Assembly (NCBI GenBank): GCA_035221665.1 | Contig: CM069157.1 | Span: forward strand, 17,980,001 to 18,044,000 | DNA: 64,000 bases | Source: Okamejei kenojei | Lineage: Eukaryota | Direction of reading: 5' to 3' | Shown here: in pieces, positions 52,440 to 63,627 of the stretch | How the letters are laid out: each line of letters starts with the position of its first letter | Numbering within the stretch: position 1 is the stretch's first letter | Position numbers and translations under genes: made by a program | Notes under the pieces: generated by a model | What the model was told of the DNA's origin: nothing | What the model saw: the letters and a program-made list of their open reading frames with translations, nothing else | Database searches by the model: none

Positions 52440-52760
52440 AAGGGCATAGATATGCTGGACAGTCAGAACCCTTTTCCCCCAAGCTGGAATTGTCCCGCAC
52501 TAGAGGGCTGTAAGGTGAGAGAGAGGGAAAGTTTGATGGAGATGTGCGGGGCAAGTTTTGTTTTACACAGAGTGGCCGCCTGGAACGTATTGCCAGGGAT
52601 GGTGGAGGAGGCAGATGCGATAGTGGTATTTAAGAGGCTTTTATATAGTCACATAGAAATGGATCATGTATGGGCAGATGAGATCAGTTTAACTGGGCAT
52701 TATGTTTGGCACATACATTGTGGGCTGAGGGGTCCGTTCCTGTATTGTACTGTTCAATGT
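52440..52760 (+). mobile_element. Decayed CR1 3' fragment
   Basis: tttacacagagtggccgcctggaacgtattgccaggg and CR1 tail. Confidence 0.65.
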
Positions 52761-54401
52761 TATAAGGAGGAAAGTTAAGAGGTAAAAGTGGGAGGAAAAA
52801 GGAGAGTAGGGAATGAAAAAAGGGAACGGGGTGTGATTGTAATGTGTGACAAGAGTAAATTGAGAAACAGGGAAAAGGAGGAGGAATATGCAAAACAAGA
52901 GGAGAAGAGAGAAACAGAGGAATACAATTCCTGACTCTCAGTCTGAAGAAGGGTCTCAGCCCTTTACGTCACCTATTCCTTTTCTCCCGAGATGCTGTCT
53001 GACCCGCTGAGTTACTGCAGCTTTTTGTGTCTATCTTCTGTCTAATACAATTAGACTATTCATTTCTGTGCAACATCTTTTATAAGACCACTTTGACTTC
53101 AACCCTTTTTTCCCCGTCAAGAAGGGGAGCAGGTGGAGTGGAGGGAAGTGGGGCAGCAAAAAACATAAAGAGTATTCTGCTCAGCGGGGCAGGCTCTGAC
53201 AACAGCTGCAAAAGTTCTCAGCAGAAGCCTGGTCGCAGCGGCCCACTGCACTGTCGGGGCGCTCGGTTGCGTGTCTCTGCGCTGCACTTCCAGCAGAGCA
53301 TGAAAAATCACCTCTCATTGTGGGCCTTTGTGCCGTTAGTCACAAATACCTCCCTGACTGCATCACTGCCAGATGTTCACACTCGCCACATTCCCGTTGC
53401 ATAACATTAAACCATTTGTCCACTTACTTTACCCATGATACATTTGTAGAACTGATATACAAGATAAATGGATTTGTCAGAACATTAGCAGAAATATTAG
53501 CCAACTTGGAATTTAGAAAACAGAAAAAATGTAGAAAGTAGAATAGTTAACAGAGCATCTGGAAAAAGAAAAGCAACATTAAAATGTCAATTTTCCCCTC
53601 ATACATTTCATCTCCTGACTGAATTCTATATTCCCAGCCTGTTTTCTTGATTTGTTTCAGATTCCCAGTATATTTATATTTTTTCTATTGTTTGAAAATT
53701 GTCAGATACACAAATAATTTCCTTAGCATTGAATGAACAGCTTCAGTCAAGGCACAACTAGAGCCTATTTAGTTGCTTCAGTCAGGGCAGTAGAGCCTAA
53801 TTAGTTGCTTCAATAACTTAATGTCAGTGTATCGCTTTGATTCCCTTCAGGAATTCCCAATTTATGCTATTTTTATTTTCAGTGCACCAAATAAGGGAAG
53901 ATTAACCCAACAATTTTAAACCATAGGTTACTGCTCATGCAATAGTTTCATATGACCTAACACATAAACTATGTGCCACTTTGGCAGAAACATCATACAA
54001 TACACATTTTACAATACTTTTGGGATGCCTGAATCACTACCATCAATTTAGTGAAGAAAGGCCATTTCTCAACTATTATTGAACTTTGAAAACTTACATT
54101 TTTATTTAAAACATTTCAGTCACTGTCATTTGTAGATAATAAGTGTATTTCCCTGAAAAGCTTCATTGCTGTAATCAAATGATAGTAGATTTATGATCTA
54201 CTATGTGAAGATGACTCAAGATTTGAAGCCTGAATTATAAATTACAATTAACTTTTTAGAAAGATATAGAGAGCCTGGCGGATCACCAATATTATTTATA
54301 TATAATGAAGATATATGATTTACTGAGAAGCAGCGGTATTTCCTATTTGATGTAATTACAGAACCACATCCTGGTGTAAACAGCTAGTACTGAAATGGTA
54401 C

Positions 54402-54525
54402 CTGTCGTTAGTTGAATTTGATCTTGGTTTGGAACAAGGTCATCATCCGTGGACATCAAGGAGTTTGCTGCTTTTTGTAACTTTTCTACGCTGACTTCAT
54501 GTTCAGCTAGGTCTCCCTGAAGCAC
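54402..54525 (-). CDS. MACF1: MACF1 rod exon (phase 0-1)
   Basis: cag|GTG...ACAG|gtacca; 124 nt; VLQGDLAEHEVSVEKLQKAANSLM...QIQLTT. Confidence 0.93.
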
Positions 54526-55539
54526 CTGTAAATGCAAAATTATACAATAACTCATTCATATTTAAATGAATCCTTCTTTCTGTAAAAGGACCACTTAGCT
54601 CAACCGATGGCTTGGTGGGTTTTGATATTGCCCAGGTGCGTTACGGAGATATACGGATTGGGATAAAGATGCTGTAAAAACACCACAGTAATCCCCGACA
54701 GGACAGCCTGCTTTGGGAGAGAGTGTTGCTTGAATTAGCAAGGACCTAGTCACCACAGGATATTGGAAGACCGAGAGCTGGGTCAGTTTTGAAGTTCCCC
54801 ATCTTTTTGCAGATTTACTGAAGAATTGCCACTCCGACGAGTAATCTCAGGTTGATTGTGAACAGGTAACCATACCTGGCAGTTCTTAGAAGGTTTATTA
54901 AAATATGTCGCAAATAAAAGAAAGAATATACCCTTTCCCAGTATATATTTTTTACAATTTTCTGCTAATTTGACATGGCAGTAAACATGTTGAAATAAAA
55001 AGTATCAGTTTCTCCAGCATTTTTGTTCCTTCACTCCATAGATGCTGCCTCACCCGCTGAGTTTCCACAGCATTTTTGTCTAACTTCACAGCTTTAACAA
55101 GTCACCAGAGGAAAAATCTACATTGATCATCACAAATGTTTATAAGTATTAAACGTATCTGATGCAAGAGCATTCCCTGTTGTTGTTGAGCTCACTATCC
55201 TTAGCTAGTCTTCATGAGATTTCAGTCTGACTGGCCCGATAAACAACAAAGTAAGCCAACTATCAATAGCCAATAATTGCCGACCATACCAAGATGGAAG
55301 AAAATATTTTAAAACTTTATTAGAGTTTGCTTCGCATGCAAAACTTGAAGCTTCGATATAAAACACAGCAAGATTTGCACAATAATGCCAAAGTCGTAAT
55401 TTGCCTCTTCAGCACCAAGTACAAACGTTTGACTGCAATAGGTTGCGTTCCACTTAGTAACTGTTTTCTGCTCCTGTTCCTTTACTCCAAAAGTTCCAAT
55501 CTACTATCCTGGATCTCTCACATTAATTAAATATGTACC

Positions 55540-56120
55540 AAAAACAGAAGGAGAACTGCTGGAGGAACTCAGCATCTGTGGGAGGAAATTGAGAGTCAGC
55601 GTTTTGTGTCTGCACCCTCCATATGGGCTAAAAGAGTAGAGGAGAGAAAGCCAATATACAGAGAGGGTAGGACAAGAGCTAGGTGGATACAGATGAGATG
55701 GGGTTGATTCAAAGACAAACACAAAATGCTGGTTTGTAGCTCAGCGGGACAGGCAGCATCTCTGGAGGGAAGGAATGGGTGACGTTTCTGGTCAAGACCC
55801 TCCTTCAGACTGATCATCTGTAGAAGGGTCTCAACCCGAAACGGCACCCATTCCTTTTCTCTGGAGATGCTGCTTGTCTCTCTGAGTTCAAACCAACATT
55901 TTGTGCCTATCTTCAATTTAAACCAGCATCTGCAGTTCTTTCCTACACAGATGGGGTTGATTGGCAGGTTAGTCAGAATTTTTATACTGACCATCTCCCC
56001 TCTGTCATCCAGATGAAGGGTCTAGATCCAAAATGCTGTCTGTCTATTTCCTTCCTGACCTGCTGGGTTCCTCCATCAGCTCTTTTTTAGCTCCAGTTTT
56101 CAGCACCTACAGTCTCTTGT
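55540..56120. mobile_element. Nested Penelope pLTR-derived elements (younger palindromic copy ~55712-55950 inside an older copy)
   Basis: Head-to-head motifs gggtgacgtttctggtcaagaccctccttcagactg / ctgtagaagggtctcaacccgaaacggcaccc; a further copy at 56735-56922. Confidence 0.7.
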
Positions 56121-57120
56121 GCCTTAATCAAATGGGCGATGCCCTCAATTACCCTGGCCAAGTACGTAACACTAATTTCTACATTGACACTGACAGCACA
56201 CAGCTTTAACTTCACCATCGTCAAACCCCAACTCATTTACTGTAACTCAATGGTCAGGCTGCCTCTCTGACTGAACGAACAGCAATACTTTTCAATATTG
56301 TGAAACCTGATGCCACTGATTTGTTTGTCTGTTGCAAATTCTATGTGCATGACTACTAACTCCATATTTATTTGGATTAAACTAAACTTTTTGTAATCTT
56401 GCAAACAAATCTGACCCCAAAGTGAGTACAAAATCACAACTTTCTGACACCTTACCTCATGTTCTGCTACAATCTTTTATTATCTCTGGACCTGTTTAGT
56501 CCATCACCTCTTTGTTGGCCTCCCTTGTTCTACTATTGTAAATTTGAGGTTATCCAGAATTCAGCTACCATTGTCCCCAATCACTGAGTCTCAGTTGAAT
56601 GTCCATGCAAGTAACCCAAAGACTGGGAAGCTCTTGAAAACAAGGTTATAAATATGCCCATTGTAATTGTAGAGCAGGTCAGCTTCCCAAAAGCAGATTG
56701 CTGCAGGTTCATTGTCAGGCTTCCAAAAAAACAAAAAAAGACAAAGTGCTGCAGTAACTCAGCAGGCCAGGCAGCATCTCTGAAGAACATGGTTAGGTGA
56801 CGTTTTGGGTCAGAACCCTTCTTCAGGCTCTTCAGTTGCAGAGATGCTGCCTGATCCACTGAGTAACTCCAGCATATTGTGTCATTTTTTTGTAAACCAG
56901 CATCTGCAGTTCCTTGTTTCTTCATTGAAACAAAAATGGAACTAAATTCAGCGTGCCCACCATACTATTCCAAATATCAAACTTAAAAACCTTCCATCTG
57001 GCCTCAATTCCCATTGTTTGAGGTGCAGCTTAACATTATTTCAAGACATTCACATTTCTACTTGTAATTCATTAAAAAGTCATATTATGCAGCAATTTAT
57101 AGAAAAACAACTTTGATTAC

Positions 57121-57297
57121 CTTGATTTCTGCAAGGTGTTTCTGTAAGCTTTCTGGATCAGAAGAAATAGTTTCCAACAGAAGTCTATCTCCAGTTGCCT
57201 CCGAGTTCTCTAGCCATGAATTCAGCTCACTGGCAATGTCATGGAAATGTTGATATTTCTCCAACATATTGGCGAGGTGAGTGCCAAGTTTATTGCA
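57121..57297 (-). CDS. MACF1: MACF1 rod exon (phase 0-0)
   Basis: cag|TGC...AAG|gtaatc; 177 nt; CNKLGTHLANMLEKYQHFHDIASELNSWLE...SDPESLQKHLAEIK; not in ORF track. Confidence 0.93.
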
Positions 57298-57654
57298 CTG
57301 TTAACCAAACAAATAAATAATTACGTGGATTTTTAAAACCCTCAATTTTGGTGAAATGCTGCCAAGTATCGAGTGTTCAACCTCTCCAAAATGGTTCATG
57401 CAATATGTTACTGGTCCATTGCTAAAACTAACGTTAGTTAAAGACCATCGAGAATTGGATGCTGCCTGCATCATTTTTTTGAGAATCACAGAAAGAATGG
57501 GAGATGTTTCGGGTCCGTCTGAAGAAGGGTCTCAACACGAAATGTCACCCATTCCTTCTCTCCAGAGATGCTGCCTGTCCCGCTGAGTTTCTTTAGCTTT
57601 TTGTGTCTATCTTTTAGGAATTATATTCATTCCAATACACCGATGAATACAACC

Positions 57655-58430
57655 CAGCAGTATGAATATTGATTTCCCGAACCTCAAGTAACCCTTGCAT
57701 CACCTCTCTCTCCGTCCCTCCCCCACCTAAGTCATTGTACTAGTTTCATTGACATCTAGTTGAGTTTCACTGTCTGTATAAATCGTTATCACAAAGCCCA
57801 CAATCAACAATGGACTATTGTGGGCTCCACCTGTCCTTGAACATTGTCCATTCATTCATCATCGTTGAAAACATTAGCGACGCAGTGGTGCTGGTTTCCA
57901 ACGGGAACGGTGACGGACGCACCACACATCTCTGTCCTCCAGTTCCCGTGGACTTCCGCCGCTGGACGTATAGGATTTTGGTGTGTGTGCTTTATCATCA
58001 TTCCTCACAATGCTATGTACAACAGTGGTCGCAACTTTTACTGAAGTGTGGATGGCTGTTGACTCGCTTGGAGCTCATCCGCCCTTTGACAGATCTTGTT
58101 TTTGGTCCTGTTGGGGGCCAACAGCCCCCTCCTCACCTGGCGAACCAGGCGGGGGAGACAGTTTAGTCGCCGACTATCCGACCACGGGGCAGGTAGCACG
58201 GGATTACACGGTACCCGTGGCGGGGGAACTACCCCCGACCTGACCTGAAAATTGTTACTTTTTTCATTCATCTGTTCTGTATTTCTCTATATCACCGTCT
58301 ATATCTTGTTTCCCTTTCACTGTGACTCTCAGTCTGAAGAAGGGTCTTGTCCCAAAACTTCACCTGTTCTTTTTTCCCCCAGAGATGATGCTTGACCCGC
58401 TGAATGACTCCAGCTTTATGTGTCTATCAG
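57655..58430 (+). mobile_element. Penelope 3' fragment with pLTR, split by a younger insert
   Basis: cagcagtatgaatattgatttc (ORF end) ... cagtctgaagaagggtcttgtcccaaaacttcacc pLTR. Confidence 0.65.
57848..58245 (-). mobile_element. ~400-bp non-autonomous retroposon (RTE-like tail) inserted in the Penelope fragment
   Basis: Approximate TSD tgaacattgt (57838-57847) / tgaaaattgt (58246-58255); minus-strand 3' tail gatgatgaatgaatg; GC-rich hairpin-rich 5' part. Confidence 0.6.
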
Positions 58431-58765
58431 GAACATTATTACCGTTTTCTCTAAAATAAATTAGACCACTTGTATTATCTCATGATAAATCCTTGCAATG
58501 GTCTCTGTTTCATCAAAGTGTGTTGGGCCAGTAAGGGAGATGCATAATTATTTGATCACCTGAGAATGGTGACTGGTCATTACCAGTATTACTTAGCTGA
58601 ACAGTCGCAAGTTATCACACGTCCTCTTACATGACTAAAACGTACATGATTCTGTTAGTCTTGCTCCATGCATATTAATGCACTGAGCTTTGGCAAAATT
58701 GAAAATTTCAAATACAATGCAAGACTTCAAATGCCATTATATTAAGAAAATGAAAGAAGTCATAC

Positions 58766-59082
58766 TTTTGAATGAAGTGTGCTATAGCGATTTTTGGCAT
58801 CTTCTAACTTCTCCTTCACCAGTGTGCTGGTTACAGATGGGTCGATTGGGCTCTTAAAATCTTCATTTGCATTAGCTTCTGCAAAGACATCTGCCGCATC
58901 CAAGACCTTTTGCCCAGAAATAGTGATATATCTTAGATCTCCTTTGTGGGAAATAACATCTTCAGAGAAACCCTTCTGCTTCTGCAACTTGACTTGTAAT
59001 GAATCGGAGTCCATTTCACCTGCTTTTATCTCTTCTAGTTCATGCTCAGACTGAATTAGCCAGGCCTCAAATTCACCATGAT
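58766..59082 (-). CDS. MACF1: MACF1 rod exon (phase 1-0)
   Basis: tag|ATCAT...AAA|gtatga; 317 nt; HGEFEAWL...FSEDVISHKGDLRYITISGQKVLDAA...RYSTLHSK. Confidence 0.96.
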
Positions 59083-59645
59083 CTAAAATAAAAGAAATTA
59101 AGATGGTTATCAATATATTGAAGATGGTTACCACGGAATGCGTTTGGAGCTCTGGAAATTAGTCAGAAAATGTCCCAAATCACTTAGACTTTACTCGCGG
59201 TACAGTGGCGCAGCGGTAGAGACCCGAGGTCTTTCCTCACTACATGTGCTGTCTGCATGGAGCTTGTACGTTCTCCTTGTGACCACGTGGGCTTTTTTCC
59301 AGGTGCTCAGGTTTCCTCCCACATTCCAAACACGTGCAGGTTTGTACGTTAACTGGCTTCTGTAAATTACCCCTAGTGCGTGTGATGCGAAACTGGGATA
59401 ACATGGAACTAGTGAGAATTGGGAAAATCATTAGTCGACATGGACTTGGTGGGCCAAAGGGCCTGTTTCCACACTGTATCTCTGAACTAAACTAAACTAT
59501 CTGGCAAGAATTATTAAAGCTAATTTCCAGATCATGTTATTTTAAACCACATGCCGTTTTCTGCCATCATAGTTGTAATTCTTCTCAATTTTCAGTAAAT
59601 AGACCTTAATTGAAGCGTGGAAAACAAAGGAATTCTTTAACTTAC

Positions 59646-59874
59646 CTTTCTGAAATTTTTGGAGTTCTTCTTGCAAAGCGTGAACATATTTCAGCTGAGA
59701 GTCTGCATGTAACAGCGCTGTCTCATACTGTTCCTTCAAATCGTTCAAGTTACTCTGCAGCTGTTTTCTCTCTTCTGGAGAAAGATTATGGCCATGCTTA
59801 TCCAGAAAGGACTGAGCTGACTGTGTCGCCAATACAAAAGCTTGTTGCTGTGACAGCAACGTTTCATGATGTTC
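59646..59874 (-). CDS. MACF1: MACF1 rod exon (phase 0-1)
   Basis: tag|GAA...AAAG|gtaagt; 229 nt; EHHETLLSQQQAFVLATQSAQSFLDKHGHNLSPEE...LQEELQKFQK. Confidence 0.95.
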
Positions 59875-60234
59875 CTAAAAAAAAGTCAAAGTGTACTTGG
59901 TTCATTTACATTGCTCTTAGATACGGAGGTGCCGAGGTGGAGTTGCTGCCTTGCAGTGCCAGTGACCCGGGTTCGATCCCGACCACAGGTGTTGTGTGTA
60001 TGGAGTTTGGACATTCTCCCTGTTACCACGTGGGTTTCCTCCCACATTCCAAAAACGTACCAGGTTTGTAGGTTACTCAGCTTCAGTAAAACTGGCCACA
60101 GTGTGTAGGATAGTGCTTGTGTACGGGCATCGCTGGTCGGTGCGGACTCAGTGGGCTGAAGGGCCTGATTTCGCCCTGCATCTCTACACAAAACTAAACT
60201 GATAATATCTTGGGGATTTAGTTTCAATTTGATT

Positions 60235-61035
60235 AGCTGGACAAGCTGGCTGAGGAATGGCAAATGGAGTTTATTGCAGATAAATGCGAGGTAGAACATT
60301 TTGGAAAATCAAACAAGGGCAGGACCCTGGGGAGGGTTGTAGAGCAGAGGGACCTAGGAGTGCAAGCAAATAGTTCCTTGAAAGTGCCGTCACAGGTAGA
60401 CAGGGTGGTTAAGGCAGCTTTCGGCACATTGTCCTTCATCGGTCTAGGTACTGAGTATAGTAGTTGGGATGTTACTGCTGTACAAGGCGCTGGTGAGGTC
60501 ACATGTGTGTTCAGTTTGGCCACTCTGCTATAAGAAAGAGTTTTTTAAGCTTGAAAGAGTGCAGAGAAGATTTACGAGGATGTTGCCAGGACTGGAGGGC
60601 CTGAGCTATAGTCACGTTGGGCAAGCTAGAACTTTATTCTTTAAAGTGCAGGAGGATGAGGAGTGATCTTATTGAGGTGTTTTAGATTATGAGGGGCAAA
60701 CTACATAGAGTTGATGCAGAGAGGATTTTACCCAGAGTAGGGGAATTAAGAACTAAAAGTCATAGGTTTAAGGTGAGAGGGGAAAGATTAAATAGGAATC
60801 TGAGGGGCAATCTTTTTAACCAGAGGGTGGTGGGTATATGGAACGAGCTGCCAGAGGTGGTAGTTGAGGCAGATACCATAACAACATTTTTTAAACATTT
60901 GGACAGGTACATCGATAGGAATGATTTAAAGAGATATGGCCCAAACACAGGCAGGAGGGACTAGTGGAGATGGGGCATCTTGGTTGACATGGGCAAAATG
61001 GGTTGAAGGGCCTGTTTCCATACTGCATGACTCTC
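60235..61035 (+). mobile_element. CR1 LINE 3' fragment
   Basis: WQMEF..DKCEVEHFG, LERVQRRFTRMLPGL, FNQRVVGIWNELPE; CR1 tail. Confidence 0.9.
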
Positions 61036-61239
61036 TAATTTAGTATAAATACAATATATCAAGATATCAAGTTTCTTACAAATACAAGAAACAAGATATC
61101 AAGTTTCCTGACACAAAATAATCAGCATACAGAAAACCACATCGAACATTCACATTGCAGATCTGTTTCTAATTGAAATGTTGTAATCTTAATTGTATTA
61201 TCTTAATAATGACTTAATCAATTACTTTTATCATGATGG

Positions 61240-61555
61240 GATTAGGTGATGTCTATGTCCTCTGGTGTTCGAATCCTCTACCCTGGGAATAAAGACTGAG
61301 CATTCACTTCATCCATTCCCCTCATGATCTTGGACATCTCAATATGGTCTCCCATCTGCTTCCTTACTCCAAAGAAAAATGTTGCAGCCGATCAAATCTC
61401 TCCCTATAACTCAAGTCCACAACCTCGTGAATCCTTCTACATCTGTTCCAACATAATGGCATCCTTCCTATAACTGACCACAAGTGTGGTCTCATCGATG
61501 ACTTGTATAACTGCATCATAATGTCCCAACTTTTGAACTCAATACCCTTCCTATT
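61240..61555 (-). mobile_element. Decayed CR1 fragment, sense to MACF1
   Basis: ORF 61364-61576 GIEFKSWDIMMQLYKS..RPHL...SYRERFDRL. Confidence 0.7.
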
Positions 61556-61758
61556 TGACATTGAGGTCAAAACCAATAGAGCAGAGATTTTATTTTATTT
61601 GTGATTGTAATTGTTCAAACGTGCACTTGTCTAAAGTATTGATATTTTTCAAAATTTTGGGAGCATTTAAACATTCTCCCATTATTTTAGGGAAAAGTTC
61701 CAGATTGAGGATGACTAAATCAGAGGAGTTAAAGATGACTATTCATAAGTGTTCATAC

Positions 61759-62007
61759 CTTCAATGCCTGTTGCTGCTGGTTCAGGTTTCCACCCTTCCC
61801 AGCCGGAGTATCCATTACATCGTCCCGGTCTCGCTGCTGTAAACCATTTCCTAAAGCATCAAATTCATCTTCACCGTGACGGTCTCTGACCTCACGAGAC
61901 CGCGTGTGAGGGTAATATGTGGCTTTCTGCTGCCCAACGGATGACAGCCACTCCAACAGACCATCGATCTTAACCTTATTTTCTTCAAGTTCCTCTTCTG
62001 CTTTTGC
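61759..62007 (-). CDS. MACF1: MACF1 rod exon (phase 0-0)
   Basis: cag|GCA...AAG|gtatga; 249 nt; AKAEEELEENKVKIDGLLEWLSSVG...NLNQQQQALK. Confidence 0.93.
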
Positions 62008-62135
62008 CTGCAATCACAAAATTCTGTTAGCTCGAAGATACAAATTTCATAGAAGTTCTGATGTTTCACAAAGTTTAGGTAGAAGTCAAAAACATTTTCT
62101 TTTCGTCTTTGGGGGAAATCCTACAGATTGACGAT

Positions 62136-62277
62136 CTTCTTCTTCTTGCGTATGGCTTGCACAGCCTAAAGTTGTAGGACAACTTGTTTTATTTGATCTT
62201 ATTTGATTGTGCACGCCGGGTTGATTGCCTTCGTCAAAACAGGGTGGACCACGTGAAGGTTGCAATCTTCCACACCA
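62136..62277 (-). mobile_element. 142-bp short retroposon with (GAA)n tail and 11-bp TSD
   Basis: agattgacgat duplicated at 62125-62135 and 62278-62288; minus-strand 3' end catacgcaagaagaagaag. Confidence 0.85.
62223..62276 (-). ncRNA. Predicted minimal HDV-like self-cleaving ribozyme
   Basis: P1 GGUGUGG/CCACCCU (G1-U wobble, one mismatch), P2 GAUUGC/GCAAUC, P3 ACC/GGU, L3 UUCACGU, J4/2 CGAA, all in HDV order; G1 is 1 nt from the TSD. Confidence 0.75.
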
Positions 62278-63269
62278 AGATTGACGATGAGCAAGTCAGA
62301 TGAGTTGAAGAAGCTTTTCAACAGGTTCTGTGCCAATGGCACACCATTTCAGCTGACCCAACAGTGGACTTGGCCAGCGTTGGTCCAATGGGAGAGGAGT
62401 AGTAAACACTGAAGATGAGGCACACCAACACTCTCTAACCAAACACACATGACAAATATCTGTTCTTGCCCACTCTCTCTTCCTCAGCTCCCTCTCCACG
62501 CCCCGTCTTTCTCCATCTCTCTTTCCTGGTCCACCTCCCTCTCAGCTCCCACCTACTTTGCTCATCTTTTTTCTCAACCCTTTCCTTTCCATCTTGATTT
62601 CCCCTTGCTCTCTATCTCTGCCACCACCACCCAACCCCAGCCCCCAAATCTCCATCTCCTGCTCAACAGCTCTATCCCAGTGTAAAGTTACTTCACCACC
62701 ATTATTTACCCTCTTCTGGTTTTCTCCCTCATTACAATAAAAAACTTTTATGCACTTATTCACTGCATTTTCATAATTCCCTGGTTACTATTTCTAAACT
62801 TGGTATTAGTATAATCAAATTACCATTTTCCACGCAACTAGAAAAAACAGGAAGCAACAAACATTAGATAAATTTGCAGCTCCTTCACCTCTATTTTATA
62901 ACACCGTTTGAGCATTTGATTAGTATAAAACTGCTCTTGCATTACAGTACAGTATACCCTGTTATGGGTGGCACTGCCTTCCCAGAAAATGCTGCAATTA
63001 CAATGTTCTGAAATGGGAACCCTTGACAAAATCACCACAATTCATTGTTATTTTCACATTTTGTGTTTGTTTAGCTACTTTTCCGCACAAATTACATGAG
63101 AGCAAAATGTTCTCTATATCTTAAACGTTCTGGCAGTCACTTGTAAAGTCCATAAGGGGGAATTTTTTATACCCCATGTGCAGTAACATGGGGATACAAT
63201 CTAATATTATAATGTGGGGGGTACTGTACTGACTTTCAATACTTCTATCGATTTTCTGTTGGGTATTAC

Positions 63270-63503
63270 CTTTTCTGTTTCTTGTTGGACAGCTTTCGTT
63301 AAGGCACTGTCTACTTGTTTCTGAAGTTTCTCCGCACTTTGACTCAAGACTTTGTGCTGAGCCTTAACTTCCAATAGTTTTGTCTCAACTTTTGCCAATT
63401 CTTCAGTACCTAGCTTTCCCTCGTTCTCCTGCAATAAGTGTTCCGTGGCCTTGATCACATCCTCCACAGCAGCAGCGCGAGATTGCATGTCTTTTTGTAA
63501 TGC
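63270..63503 (-). CDS. MACF1: MACF1 rod exon (phase 0-0), most 5' exon in window
   Basis: tag|GCA...AAG|gtaata; 234 nt; ALQKDMQSRAAAVEDVIKATEHLL...ALTKAVQQETEK. Confidence 0.93.
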
Positions 63504-63627
63504 CTAAGAAGGAACATAACAGAAAAAATATTTTAATAGCCTTATTGTGAAAGAAGGCGCACAAAACAACACTGACAATCTAGCTACATGTACTTCATGC
63601 CCAAATCAAATCAAATTCCTGTAGCCT

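Noticed and set aside
53738-53812. Short spaced direct repeats (also 1131-1173 and 26357-26390) as a CRISPR-like array
   Set aside because: Only 2-3 degenerate units in vertebrate intron DNA; ordinary local duplications.
421-63503. Assignment to dystonin (DST/BPAG1) instead of MACF1
   Set aside because: [21 protein letters not shown] and the KIAA0754-type N-terminus fit MACF1 better as recalled. A phylogeny would confirm.
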